A stretch of 64,000 nt of DNA from an uncultured Iamiaceae bacterium (GCA_964446345.1 CAYUOL010000001.1:24132-88131); one strand, 5' to 3'; positions 1 to 9,459 are shown, numbered from the stretch's first letter. A program made the numbers and translations. Notes: generated by a model not told the origin, from the letters alone.

Positions 1-739
1 TCAGCACATCGCCGGAGGTGCTCCAGTGCAGCATCTGCGGGCTGACATAGAACATCAGCGAGGCCAGCAGCGCGCCGCTGACGCCGGCATAGGCACCCGA
101 GATCATGAAGGCGCACTGGCGCAGCCGCTGCACGTTGTAACCGATCTGCTCGGCCCTGACGTCGTTGGCCTGCACCGCCTTCAACGCGCTGCCGAAAGGC
201 GAGACGCGCAACAGCGCCATGATCGCCAAGCCGATCACGAACACCGCGACAAGGAAGTAGAAATAGTTGCGGTTGTTGTAGAAATCGACGCCGAAGAGGG
301 CCGGCCGCAGCACGCCGGGAATACCGTCCAGACCGCCGGTGAAGGCCCGCAGCTTCGTGCTGGCTAGGATGTAGACGAGTTGCGCCAGCGCCAGCGTCAG
401 CAGCGAAAAGAACAGGCCCGACACACGCAATGCGAACACGCTGAGCAGGAAGGCCAGCGCCGCGCCGGCGACGGCCGCCACCAGCAGCGAGGGCAGGAAG
501 CCGAACTGAGGCGCCAGCAGCGCCAGCGCATAGCCGCCAGCGCCGAACATGGCGGCATGTCCGAAGGACAGCATGCCGGCCATGCCGAAGATCAGGTCGA
601 AGCCGATCGCGAACAGCCCCCAGATCAGGATCAGGCTGATCAGGTTCAGGCTTTCCTCGCTGGTCGAAACCATCGCAAAGACGATCATGGCGGCGATGGC
701 GGCCGCCATCAGGATCTGGTCGAGACGGAACATGCTCAT
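1..739 (-). CDS. Liv-type ABC transporter permease (LivM-like); 3' end cut by window edge
   Basis: Not in the ORF track because no stop lies in the window. ATG at 739-737 overlaps the upstream permease stop (ATGA). It reads MSMFRLDQILMAAAIAAMIVFAMV... and stays open and hydrophobic to position 1 (...VSPQMLHWSTSGDVL). Confidence 0.8.
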   Translation of the reverse strand, partial: MSMFRLDQILMAAAIAAMIVFAMVSTSEESLNLISLILIWGLFAIGFDLIFGMAGMLSFGHAAMFGAGGYALALLAPQFGFLPSLLVAAVAGAALAFLLSVFALRVSGLFFSLLTLALAQLVYILASTKLRAFTGGLDGIPGVLRPALFGVDFYNNRNYFYFLVAVFVIGLAIMALLRVSPFGSALKAVQANDVRAEQIGYNVQRLRQCAFMISGAYAGVSGALLASLMFYVSPQMLHWSTSGDVL

Positions 740-1593
740 GCCGCACGTCCCTTGCGGCTGAACAGGCCTGACGGGCGGGTCAACAGGGTGACGATCAGCA
801 GCACGAAGGTAATCAGTTCCACCCACTCCGGCGCATAGGTGAACCCGGCCGCGCGCGCCATGCCGAGCAACAGCGCGGCGAAGATCGCGCCCTTGATATT
901 GCCGAGGCCGCCGATGATCACCACCACGAAGCAATCGATGATCACGCTAAAGCCCATGCCGAGTTCGATCGGCACCAGCGGCGCCGCGACGACGCCGCCG
1001 AGCGCAGCAAGCCCGGAGCCGAGCGCAAACACCGCGGTGCGCACCCGCGCCACGTCGACGCCGAGCGTCTGTGCCATTTCGGAATCGGAGCTCGCGGCGC
1101 GGATCACCATGCCGAGCTTGCTGCGATCGAGCAGCAGGAACAGCAGGACGGAGACCAGCGCGCCGAAGCCGATGATGAACAGGCGATAGGACGGGATCTG
1201 GCTGCCGAACAGTGCAATCGGCTGCGAAAACAGGGCCGGCGTCGGCACCTGCTTGTAATCGAGTCCCCAGATCAGGCGAACCGATTCCTCGATCACCAGG
1301 ATGAAGCCGAAGGTCAGCAACAGCTGATAGATGTGATCGCGGTTGTAGACCGGCCGCAGCGTGATCACCTCCATCGCCGCGCCGAGCGCCGCAACGACCA
1401 GCGGCGCGAGCGCCAGCCCGATCCAGAACGAGCCGGTCCAGTGCACGATCTGGTAGCAGACATAGGCGCCCAGCATATAAAGGGCGCCGTGGGCGAAGTT
1501 GATCACGCCCAGCATGCCGAAGATCAGCGTCAGGCCCGCCGCCAGCAGGAACAGCAGAAAGCTCAAGCTCAGGCCGATGACGATCGTCGACAC
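736..1593 (-). CDS. Liv-type ABC transporter permease (LivH-like)
   Basis: 285-aa polytopic ORF with a GTG start; LTLIFGMLGVINFAHGALYMLGAY is a typical LivH N-terminus. It lies between the SBP and LivM-like genes. Confidence 0.88.
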   Translation of the reverse strand: MSTIVIGLSLSFLLFLLAAGLTLIFGMLGVINFAHGALYMLGAYVCYQIVHWTGSFWIGLALAPLVVAALGAAMEVITLRPVYNRDHIYQLLLTFGFILVIEESVRLIWGLDYKQVPTPALFSQPIALFGSQIPSYRLFIIGFGALVSVLLFLLLDRSKLGMVIRAASSDSEMAQTLGVDVARVRTAVFALGSGLAALGGVVAAPLVPIELGMGFSVIIDCFVVVIIGGLGNIKGAIFAALLLGMARAAGFTYAPEWVELITFVLLIVTLLTRPSGLFSRKGRAA

Positions 1594-1628
1594 GCCAGGG
1601 AGATCCGGGGGTTGGAAAGACGAGGAGT

Positions 1629-1657
1629 GAGGCGCGTCCCGGCCCGGGACGCGCCTC
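1629..1657 (-). promoter_or_regulatory. GC-rich intercistronic stem-loop between SBP and permease genes
   Basis: Near-perfect inverted repeat GAGGCGCGTCCCGG-c-CCGGGACGCGCCTC in the 67-nt gap after the SBP stop. No clear U-tract, so more likely an mRNA stabiliser or attenuator than a full terminator. Confidence 0.45.
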
Positions 1658-1660
1658 GTT

Positions 1661-2848
1661 TCACGAGCAGACGTCGAACAGCTTGGAGGCGTCGAACACG
1701 TCGGTGATCTTCATGGTCAGCGGCGGCAACGGCGCCTGGCCTTCGGTCACGACACCCCACAGGCCGACCTGCGCCGCCTGGTGATCGCAGCCGCGCATGA
1801 CCTTCTTGCCCTCGAGCGAATTCTCGCGGGTGCTCTTGGCGAAGGCATCGACCCACGTTTCGCGGTCCCAGCTCTTGGTCGACTCGACGACATCGAGCCA
1901 CCAGCTGATGCCGTCATAGGCCTCGCCGGCAAAGCTCGAGGGCCACTCGTTGTACTTGGCACGGTAGGCCTCGACGAACTTCTTGTTGGCGGGATTATCG
2001 ACCGTGAAGTGGTAGCGCACGCCCGAATAGACGCCGACCGCTGCCGGGCCGACCGCCGCAGCGAGGGTCTCGTCCTGCAGCACCGGACCGAACTGGGTCT
2101 TGGTCTTGTTGAGGCCGACCTGGCCGGACTGTTTGAGGAAGGTGACCGCGTCATTGCCGGTGACGATGACCGCGATGCCGTCGGCGTCGGACTTCGCCAT
2201 CTTGTCGACGATCACGGAGTAATCGCGGTTGCCGAGCGGCGCGTAGTCATTGCCGACGATCTCGATGCCGGCCTTCTTGGCTTCGGCGGCAAACAGCTCC
2301 CAGCCGTCGCGGGTCGCCTGGTAGTCGGCGGTCACGCCGTAGATCTTCTTCAGCCCCTTGACCTTCGCGAACTCGATGCACATCCGGATTTCCATGCCGA
2401 GCGTGTTCGAGGTGCGGAACGTGTAGCGCGAACCGTTCGGCCGCGTGATCTTGTCGTCGGCGGAAATGGTCACCAGCAGCGGGATCTTGCGCTGGTCGGC
2501 CAGGCCCTGCAGCGCCAGCGTCGATGCCGAGCCGACTGCGCCGAACATCATCTGCGCGCCACCCGCCAGCAGGCGCGTCGCCTTCTGAACGGCGGGCTGC
2601 GGCTTGGTCTCGTCGTCTTCCCACGACACCCGGATCGGCTTGCCGAGCACCTTGCCGCCGCGGTCGGCGATGGCGAGTTCGACGCCCTGCCGCATGTCCT
2701 TGCCGATGATGCCGTAAGCGCCGGAAAACGCCAGGATACCGGCGATATGAAAATCAGCCGGCTCATCCGCAGCGAGAACACCTGTCGCCGGAGCAAAGGC
2801 CGACAGCGCCGCACCGGCCGAGCTCAGCAAAAATGTACGACGATGCAT
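1661..2848 (-). CDS. ABC transporter substrate-binding protein (Leu/Ile/Val-binding PBP1 family)
   Basis: Internal ATG at 2848 is preceded by GGGAGG. It gives MHRRTFLLSSAGAALSAFAPATGVLAADE, a signal peptide. The longer track ORF (to 3121) has a non-protein-like N-terminus. Confidence 0.9.
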   Translation of the reverse strand: MHRRTFLLSSAGAALSAFAPATGVLAADEPADFHIAGILAFSGAYGIIGKDMRQGVELAIADRGGKVLGKPIRVSWEDDETKPQPAVQKATRLLAGGAQMMFGAVGSASTLALQGLADQRKIPLLVTISADDKITRPNGSRYTFRTSNTLGMEIRMCIEFAKVKGLKKIYGVTADYQATRDGWELFAAEAKKAGIEIVGNDYAPLGNRDYSVIVDKMAKSDADGIAVIVTGNDAVTFLKQSGQVGLNKTKTQFGPVLQDETLAAAVGPAAVGVYSGVRYHFTVDNPANKKFVEAYRAKYNEWPSSFAGEAYDGISWWLDVVESTKSWDRETWVDAFAKSTRENSLEGKKVMRGCDHQAAQVGLWGVVTEGQAPLPPLTMKITDVFDASKLFDVCS

Positions 2849-3041
2849 AAAACCTCCCAAAAACCTGTCATTTAGATGTATCTTACTGAGGAGTAGGCTA
2901 TCTCTGACCTCCAGGTAAATGTCAAGCCGCGGAGCGGCTTGCGACCTGCGGCTTGAACGCAGGCGGAGAAATGTGCATTGGAGACAGGGCGCGACGGTGT
3001 GTCGCTTCCTGCATCGTGCCGCAACTTGGGGAAGTACAGGG

Positions 3042-3674
3042 ATGACGAAAAAACCAGTGGGGAGAAAGCGTCCCAATGTTTGGGAAAGCGTCGACCTGCG
3101 CCAGGAGCAGCACGAGGCCAAGCGTCGTCTAATCCTTAAACAGGCAGCACTTCTGTTCGCGGATCGCGGCTTTCACGAAACAACGATCGATCAGATCGCC
3201 GAAGCTCTCAATGTAACCAAGCCGACGATCTACTACTACATCGAGAGTAAGGAAGACCTGCTCTATCAGGTGGCGCATACGGCTCTCGTCGACCTCAATG
3301 AGGCCTTGTCTCGCGATCAAGACGCGAAGCTTCCCGCAATCGACCGCCTCGAACAGTTCTTCACGATGTATGGCAGACTCATACTGTCCGAGTTCGGGGT
3401 GTGCCTGGCTCTGGTCAGCGACCGCTCGCTTAACGCGCAGTCACGACGCAAGCTTCGCTCGCTCAAGAAGCAATTTGAGATCACCGTTCGGAAAATTCTC
3501 GAAGAAGGCAGCAAAGATGGCACCATCTGCGTGGACGATCCGAAAATGTTCATATTTGCCATCTTTGGTGCGTTCAATTGGGCTCCGCAGTGGTTCTCGA
3601 ACACAGGCGCATCCACTCCGGACGAAGTCACGGCTGCGATGTTCCATGTATTTCGCAGCGCTGCGGCTCGGTAA
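3042..3674 (+). CDS. TetR/AcrR family transcriptional regulator
   Basis: HTH segment RGFHETTIDQIAEALNVTKPTIYYYIESKEDLL. Start chosen at MTKKPVGRK (ATG 3042). Divergent from the ABC operon. Confidence 0.88.
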   Translation: MTKKPVGRKRPNVWESVDLRQEQHEAKRRLILKQAALLFADRGFHETTIDQIAEALNVTKPTIYYYIESKEDLLYQVAHTALVDLNEALSRDQDAKLPAIDRLEQFFTMYGRLILSEFGVCLALVSDRSLNAQSRRKLRSLKKQFEITVRKILEEGSKDGTICVDDPKMFIFAIFGAFNWAPQWFSNTGASTPDEVTAAMFHVFRSAAAR

Positions 3675-3739
3675 AGCAGGGCAATTGAAAAAGCGCTGGC
3701 TGGACTGACCAACACGGAAAGCAATACTGGCATACAATT

Positions 3740-3957
3740 GCCATGGGTATCCGCAACACGTCGTCACCACGCTGGCGCGGATGACTGAAGCCGAAAAACC
3801 GATGCTGGGGCCATCCAATAGGTTGGCCGAGTACGCGCCCGAGCCGAACCTCGAGACCAAGAAAAAGGACGTCGTCTGGTTCGCGATCGATGATAATCGG
3901 CCGCTCACGTGCTTTGCTGTGCTGAGTTCAAGGGCGATCGTGACGCAAAATCGAAGC
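3740..3957 (+). pseudogene. SOS-response-associated peptidase (SRAP/DUF159) remnant; 5'-truncated, with nonsense and frameshifts
   Basis: Three frames give IRNTSSPRWRG*LKPKNRC, then PSNRLAEYAPEPNLETKKKDVVWFAIDDNRPL, then EFKGDRDAKSKP. This is colinear with rhizobial SRAP proteins as I remember them. The N-terminal catalytic Cys region is absent. Confidence 0.6.
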
Positions 3958-4183
3958 CTCCTCGTTGAGCAGGGTCGACGCGCTCAAGCAGAAGCCGTGC
4001 GCGCGGTGATCGCCGCCGGTGCCATTATCGCAGCCCACAATCGCAGCGTCCAGCGCAACCGAGTTGCCCCCGAAGTCGCCCAGCCCGAGGTAAGTGTCTC
4101 GCTCGGCATCATGGAGCACAATGGATGAGGGTACGCATCAAGGCCCTCCCTTGACCTCGCGATATTATAGTCGGTCAACCCCA

Positions 4184-4226
4184 TCGGGCTTCCGAGTCAG
4201 ACCCGGTTCGATTCCGGTCCGAGCCA
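4184..4226 (+). other. tRNA 3'-half-like fragment (T-arm plus acceptor 3' strand, ends CCA)
   Basis: CCGGTTCGATTCCGG T-arm followed by TCCGAGCCA. No complementary 5' acceptor strand or D-arm upstream, so this is not a functional tRNA. Confidence 0.5.
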
Positions 4227-4333
4227 TTGTGGATACCGGAACGGCATGGGGCGCGCCTGCCGCTTGGGAGCCTGCTGACTTATTTTAGCCAGCTAATACC
4301 GCCCGTCAGCTTGTTGGCACTTCTGTTTACGTG

Positions 4334-4425
4334 TTTCGGCAATTCCCGGACACCGATTTCGGTAATTCGCGGACAGTGATTTCAGTAATTGCGGGACAAG
4401 GATTCCGCTAAATCGCGGACAGTTA
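4334..4425. repeat. Four contiguous imperfect 23-bp direct repeats
   Basis: TTTCGGCAATTCCCGGACACCGA / TTTCGGTAATTCGCGGACAGTGA / TTTCAGTAATTGCGGGACAAGGA / TTCCGCTAAATCGCGGACAGTTA. The array is preceded by TG, so it begins 5'-TGTTTCGG at 4332. Confidence 0.85.
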
Positions 4426-4439
4426 TGGAGCTGGTTTTT

Positions 4440-4790
4440 CGGGAGCGCCTTTCAGGCAAACCCCCGTCGCGTCTTCATCTCCGGCCAGAAGCGCGACGTC
4501 TTTGGTGTCATCAAGCGCGAGCTGCCCCGTCGCTCCGCCATCGAGCTCATCATCGGTCACATGAAGGCCGAAGGCCATCTCGGCCGCAGCTTCCTCAAAG
4601 ACCGCGCCGGCGACGCCGCCAACGTCGTCCTCTCAGCCGTGGGCCTCCGCCGCATCCTCGCCTGGCTGAGAGAACTCTGGTGCCTGTTCCTGTCAGCTCT
4701 ATGGCGCACGCTGGCCTGTCCAGCCCCGCTCAATTCGGCTTCTTAACGGACGACCACCTTGGGTCGGGAGCACTGTACGAAGTCTTCCCA
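4440..4790 (+). pseudogene. IS5/IS1182-like transposase; C-terminal fragment only
   Basis: Reads FISGQKRDVFGVIKRELPRRSAIELIIGHMKAEGHLGRSFLKDRAGDAANVVLSAVG...ILAWLR. The tail GFLTDD lies in a shifted frame. No N-terminal or DDE part is present. Confidence 0.6.
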
Positions 4791-4801
4791 ATCGTAAGAG
4801 C

Positions 4802-5962
4802 TCAGTCAGCCAACGTTGCGGATAGCCGCTCGACCGCCTCCGCAAAATCTCGCTTGAAATCCAAAACTACGGATCGCGCCGACTGCTCGGCATTCATCAG
4901 ACCGACTGCCTGACCGACGAAATAGGCAGCAAGCTCCTTTGCACCGCTGTGCCCGCCGGCCGCAAGCTTATCGATCTTCGAAAACGGGGGGCGACTGAGC
5001 AGTCCCTGCAGTGGCATGGGCAGCGGATCAGGCGCATCTTTTGTAGCCCAGGCATCCGACCATGCTGACTGCAGGTGGCGCGTGGGCTTGCCGGTTCGAC
5101 TGCGAGAACGGACCGTCTGACGTGAGGTCGCCTTCAGCATCTTCTCTTTGACGGTGGGTGTCGTCTCCGCCTCTGTCGTCGTCAGCCACACGGAGCCGGT
5201 CCAGGCACCCGCAGCCCCCATGGCCATGCAAGCCGCCATCTGCCGGCCAGTCGCAATGCCGCCCGCCGCCAAGACATAGATATCCTTGTAACTTTCGATC
5301 GCTTCAAGCACTTCCGGAATCAGCACCATCGTTGCGATCTCTCCGCAATGACCCCCAGCCTCCCCGCCAGCGGCCACTAGAATATCGACTCCAGCTTGCG
5401 CGTGCTTGACAGCGTGTTCTCTTGCACCAGTCAGCGCGCCAACCATGATGCCCCTCTCTCGAGCGCGCTCCATCACCGATTTTGGCGGCACACCCAACGC
5501 GTTCACGAAGAGCTTGATCGGATGATTGAAAGCAACGTCAATGAGCTTTAGAGCACCAACTTCCCGCATGTTGTCCGAAGAGCGGCCGTCGTATTCGCCG
5601 TTCCACAAATCAGTTGAGTCGATTCCATGCCGATCGAGAAGTTCTTCAACGAACTTGCGGTGACCCATAGGGATCTGCTCGCGGAGCTTGTCGTCGGTTA
5701 GTACACCTGCCTTATCCTCCATCCTGGTTGGGATGAGCAAGTCAATACCATACGGCTTGCCCTGGACCTTCTTGTCGATCCAGTCCATCTCGATCTCAAG
5801 ACTATCCGGTGTTAAACCGACCGCGCCGAGGACGCCAAAGCCTCCCGCGTTGGTCACTTCCGCAACGACATCGCGGCAGTGGGTAAATGCAAACAGTGGA
5901 AACTCTATACCGAGCTTGTCGCACAATTCGGAGTTCATGTTTTTCTTCTCGTCTATGGTCAA
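4802..5962 (-). CDS. Nitronate monooxygenase / enoyl-reductase (NMO, FMN TIM-barrel) family protein
   Basis: 386 aa. Motifs GFGVLGAVG, GIDLLIP and AAGGEAGGHCGE are typical of the NMO/FabK family. Confidence 0.8.
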   Translation of the reverse strand: MTIDEKKNMNSELCDKLGIEFPLFAFTHCRDVVAEVTNAGGFGVLGAVGLTPDSLEIEMDWIDKKVQGKPYGIDLLIPTRMEDKAGVLTDDKLREQIPMGHRKFVEELLDRHGIDSTDLWNGEYDGRSSDNMREVGALKLIDVAFNHPIKLFVNALGVPPKSVMERARERGIMVGALTGAREHAVKHAQAGVDILVAAGGEAGGHCGEIATMVLIPEVLEAIESYKDIYVLAAGGIATGRQMAACMAMGAAGAWTGSVWLTTTEAETTPTVKEKMLKATSRQTVRSRSRTGKPTRHLQSAWSDAWATKDAPDPLPMPLQGLLSRPPFSKIDKLAAGGHSGAKELAAYFVGQAVGLMNAEQSARSVVLDFKRDFAEAVERLSATLAD

Positions 5963-6003
5963 TCACACCACGACACAGCTCTTACGATTCTCACGGCCAT
6001 ATT

Positions 6004-7191
6004 CTATCCAAGCTTCAAGGGCAGCGCGCGGGGCCCTCTTACGGCTCCTTCGGACCATTTCACCGCCTTGGGATCTGCCATATGAAACTCGGGAACTCGC
6101 TTGAGAAACTCCTCGACGGCCACTCTAAGCTCCATTCGAGCTAGATTCGATCCTATGCAACGATGGACGCCGAGGCCGAAGGCGGCATGTCGATTTTCCT
6201 TGCGATCGATGATGACCGTGTCGGCGTCCGGAAACATTGCAGGATCGCGATTGGCTGCGGGGAACGAAAGGAGGACCATCTGACCTGCCTTGTACGGACA
6301 GCCTTCAACGACGGTATCCTTGGTTACCATGCGGGCCATCGTCACGGGTGAGTAAGCTCGCAATAATTCTTCGATCGCCGTCGGCATCAGGGAAGGGTCC
6401 ACTGCAAGCCGGCGCCTGTCTTCAGGTGTCTTGGCAAGATGCCACAAGCAAGCCCCGATCCCGCTCCACGTCGTGTCAATGCCGGCAATAAGGAGCAGTC
6501 GCAGAGTTCCCAGAATGTGATTGTCCGTAAGAGGTTGCCCGTCGACACGAGCGGCAACAAGATAGCTGATGAGATCTTCAGATGGGGCCCTTCGCCGCCG
6601 TTGCACCTGGTCAAGGAAGTAGGTGGTCATTTCCTCCAGCGTGCGCACCATCGCTTCGTCATCAAGAACTGCCGCTTCGACCACTCCATGCACCCAGTCG
6701 CGGAATTTTTGACCATGATCCGCCGGTAATCCAAGCAATTTTGCTATCACGCGCACGGGAATATGTTGGGCATAGTCGAGCGCCGCGTCGCACTCGTTGT
6801 TGCCGGCGAACCGGTCGATTAGCTCGTTGCAGATGACGCGCGTTTCGGGAATTAGCTTGTCGATGGCTGCCGGCGTGAAAGGCGGCAGCAACACCATCCG
6901 CGCCAGGCGATGGTGTGGGGGATCGGAGGTGATGGGCGGTGCCGGCGATTTTATGGGCGGCGGGGTCGCGCGTACTTGCACACGGCGCGAGGAGAAGGCT
7001 TGCGTGTCATATGCGATCTCGCGAATGTCCTTGTAGCGCGTAGGCAAGTATACCCCCTGAAACCGATTGGTATGCGCAACGGGACAAGAACTGCGCAACT
7101 CGGCCCAGATCGGAAAGGGGTCCTCGATCCATCGTGGATCGAGGTGATCGAAGTCTGTTGCCCAATCCTCGACAGGTGGACGGATACTCAA
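6004..7191 (-). CDS. Cytochrome P450
   Basis: Heme loop FGLGVHRCIGSNLA, I-helix LLIAGIDTTWSG, EXXR in IEELLRAY. TTG start at 7191 chosen because GGGAGG lies 5 nt upstream. The track ORF extends to 7263. Confidence 0.88.
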   Translation of the reverse strand: MSIRPPVEDWATDFDHLDPRWIEDPFPIWAELRSSCPVAHTNRFQGVYLPTRYKDIREIAYDTQAFSSRRVQVRATPPPIKSPAPPITSDPPHHRLARMVLLPPFTPAAIDKLIPETRVICNELIDRFAGNNECDAALDYAQHIPVRVIAKLLGLPADHGQKFRDWVHGVVEAAVLDDEAMVRTLEEMTTYFLDQVQRRRRAPSEDLISYLVAARVDGQPLTDNHILGTLRLLLIAGIDTTWSGIGACLWHLAKTPEDRRRLAVDPSLMPTAIEELLRAYSPVTMARMVTKDTVVEGCPYKAGQMVLLSFPAANRDPAMFPDADTVIIDRKENRHAAFGLGVHRCIGSNLARMELRVAVEEFLKRVPEFHMADPKAVKWSEGAVRGPRALPLKLG

Positions 7192-7264
7192 TTTTGCCTC
7201 CCAAGCGTTCAAAGATGACTTGCGGTCTGGCGAGCGTCGGCCGGCCAAGCCGCCGTATTCCAAT

Positions 7265-7879
7265 TCACGCCATTAGCCAGCCCTGCACGGCTGCAGCCTC
7301 CTGCCGACAATACTCGGGCGCTCCCAGCATCTGACGGTTAAACGCGATGCGTTTGAACCAATAGTGCAAGCCAAGCAGGTCAGTGAAGCCCATCCCTCCA
7401 TGCACTTCCGTGGTCAGACGTGCGACTGACCATCTTCAACCCGCGCATGTGTTTTTGCGGCAGCGAGGTCCGAGCCAGACCCCGGCTCAGAATAACCTTG
7501 ACACCAGATGACCTCGCCGCGGATGGTCGGACCGATCCATTTCGCACACTGCTCCTTGGATCCGACCTCAAGAAGGGTCGGAACGAGCATCGATATCCCT
7601 TGGTTCATAATGCCAGCGGAAACACCGGCCGTCGAAAACTCGTCGGCTATGATCGCCAGCTCCCTTACGTCCAAAGGTAATCCGAAGCCGCCATACTCTT
7701 TGGGAATCGTGCGCGCGAAATATCCGTGTCGAAGCAGCAGGTGTTGCCACTCGAGCGCCCGCTTGTCGGGTCGCTTGCGGCCGCCGCCCGTTCGCGGCGA
7801 TAGGTCGCCGTGGCGCCTCACGAAGGCCGCGAACCTCCTCCCGTAGCGCTCGATATTTGGGGCCGTAGCTCAAGTCCAT
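7265..7879 (-). pseudogene. Acyl-CoA dehydrogenase pseudogene (frameshift plus internal deletion)
   Basis: ATG 7879 has a GGAGGAGGA SD and gives MDLSYGPKYRALREEVRG. The frame shifts near 7820 to FVRRHGDL...WCQGYSEPGSGSDLAAAKTHARVEDG. It then jumps straight to the C-terminal end TEVHGGMGFTDLLGLHYWFKRIAFNRQMLGAPEYCRQEAAAVQGWLMA*. The middle and most of the C-terminal domain are missing. Confidence 0.75.
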
Positions 7880-8030
7880 GAGCATCCTCCTCCGCCAAGT
7901 GCTCCGTGCACAGTCGGTGCGATGCGCCACAACGGACGTGGCCCTCGCTTGCGCAAGATCTCGCAGCTTCCGAACCGCCCCCTCAGCCCCTGACCGAGCA
8001 GCCGGGCACTTGCCTTCATTGCGCAACAAT

Positions 8031-8046
8031 TCTAACGTTTGTTTGG
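8031..8046. promoter_or_regulatory. Degenerate copy of the TCTAAC-N4-GTTAGA operator
   Basis: TCTAACGTTTGTTTGG has a perfect left arm and 4/6 in the right arm. It lies in the divergent region between the ACAD pseudogene and the thiolase operon. Confidence 0.3.
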
Positions 8047-8303
8047 TTTATACTCTTATGTTCTGCAGCCGCGGTCAAGGAGGCTGCTACATGATTTTGG
8101 TTCATTCGGGACGACCCAATTGGCCGGCCGTAGGAGCTCGGAGAGTCGGCATATCCGGATGCGTCGAGCTTGTTCGATGAAGCAAAGGGTTACTCGAGAC
8201 ATACGAGCAAGACGGCCATACTGTTTCGGTCGGCCTTGTATCAGCTCAGATCGTCGGCGTCGCGATGGCCAAAGACAACATAGTACAATTAAGGAGGCTT
8301 TAG

Positions 8304-9455
8304 ATGTCACTCCGGGAACGGATCGCCATAACCGGCGTCGGCGAAACGGCATATAGCCGCAACTCTGGAAAAAGCGTGCTCGCTCTTCAGCTCGAAGCAT
8401 CACTAAAAGCCATCGACGACGCCGGACTGTCGCCTAAAGACATTGACGGTATCATTCCCTATTCGAACTCAGCGGTCGTCGCGGAGGATTTCGTGACAAA
8501 TTTCGGCATCGACGACCTTCGCTTTTCAGCCACCACGCCTCTCGGAGGCGCAAGTTGCGTGGCCGGAATTCAAGCCGCGCTCTTAGCGATCAGCGCAGGT
8601 CTCTGCAACCATGTGCTGCTGCCGATCGGACGGAACGGCTCGTCTGCAGGTCGCATTGGCACCCGGGTCCAGCAGATGCCGCAGTTCAAGGTCGTCGGCG
8701 AGTTCGAGATGCCGATCGGGGCAATCGCGCCAGCGCAGCTCTACGCCGCGATGGCGCGGCGGCACATGGAACTCTATGGCACGACAAGCCGCCAACTTGG
8801 GGAGATCGCCGTCTCGACCCGCCACAACGCAGTCCTGAATGGCAATGCGATGATGACGAAGCCTATCACCATTGAAGATCACCAGAATTCGCGCATGATC
8901 TCCGATCCGCTTCGGTTGCTGGACTGCAGTCTTGAGAGCGATGGCGGTGCCGCGATCGTCGTCAGCGCTGCCGAGCGCGGCAAGGATATGAGACAGAAGC
9001 CAATCCTCGTTATGGGCGTGGCTGAAGGACATCCCGACTCTCCGAGTTCGATTACCCAGCGTCCCGATATGACACGTTTGGGCATTGCAAAAGCCGCCCC
9101 CAAGGCCTTTGCGATGGCGGGCGTATCGCCTCGGGAAATTCAGGTGGCCGAGATCTACGATTGTTTTACGTATGTCGTTCTCTGCCAGCTGGAAGATATC
9201 GGCTTTTGCAAGAAGGGCGAGGGCGGATCGTTTGTCGAGAGCGGCGCCATAAGGCTTGGCGGAAACCTGCCGATCAACACGCATGGCGGTCTGCTTTCCC
9301 AAGCGCACATGGTCGGGATGAACCATGTGGTCGAACTTGTAAAGCAGCTCAGGGGAAGTGCCGGAAAGGCCCAGGTAAACGGAGCCGAACTGGGTCTCGT
9401 CTCCGGCTACGGCGACATGGGCGACGGGTCGATAGCGATCATGAGGAGAGGTTGA
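8304..9455 (+). CDS. Thiolase-like protein (SCP-x/lipid-transfer type, DUF35 partner)
   Basis: 383 aa with an AAGGAGG SD. Has GGASCVAG and the C-terminal NTHGGLLSQAHMVGMN thiolase signature. Immediately followed by a DUF35 gene. Confidence 0.85.
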   Translation: MSLRERIAITGVGETAYSRNSGKSVLALQLEASLKAIDDAGLSPKDIDGIIPYSNSAVVAEDFVTNFGIDDLRFSATTPLGGASCVAGIQAALLAISAGLCNHVLLPIGRNGSSAGRIGTRVQQMPQFKVVGEFEMPIGAIAPAQLYAAMARRHMELYGTTSRQLGEIAVSTRHNAVLNGNAMMTKPITIEDHQNSRMISDPLRLLDCSLESDGGAAIVVSAAERGKDMRQKPILVMGVAEGHPDSPSSITQRPDMTRLGIAKAAPKAFAMAGVSPREIQVAEIYDCFTYVVLCQLEDIGFCKKGEGGSFVESGAIRLGGNLPINTHGGLLSQAHMVGMNHVVELVKQLRGSAGKAQVNGAELGLVSGYGDMGDGSIAIMRRG

Positions 9456-9459
9456 GAGC

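Noticed and set aside
1781-2875. Long plus-strand ORF (364 aa) and many similar ORFs opposite real genes (for example 24660-25763, 33309-33713, 16721-17611, 57930-58547).
   Set aside because: These are shadow ORFs typical of high-GC DNA. They are Arg/Ala/Gly/Pro-rich low-complexity translations with no recognisable motifs, and they lie fully inside well-supported genes on the other strand or frame.
4150-4226. Possible complete tRNA gene.
   Set aside because: Only the T-arm and 3' acceptor strand are present. I could not find a complementary 5' acceptor strand, D-arm or consistent anticodon stem upstream.
4334-4425. CRISPR array.
   Set aside because: The repeats are directly adjacent with no spacers, there are only four units, and no cas genes are in the window.
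8091-8180. 29-codon sORF (MILVHSGRPNWPAVGARRVGISGCVELVR) with a good AAGGAGG SD 7 nt upstream, lying between the operator-like site and the thiolase gene.
   Set aside because: It is short, has no recognisable features, and I have no conservation data. It could be a leader peptide, but it cannot be supported from sequence alone.
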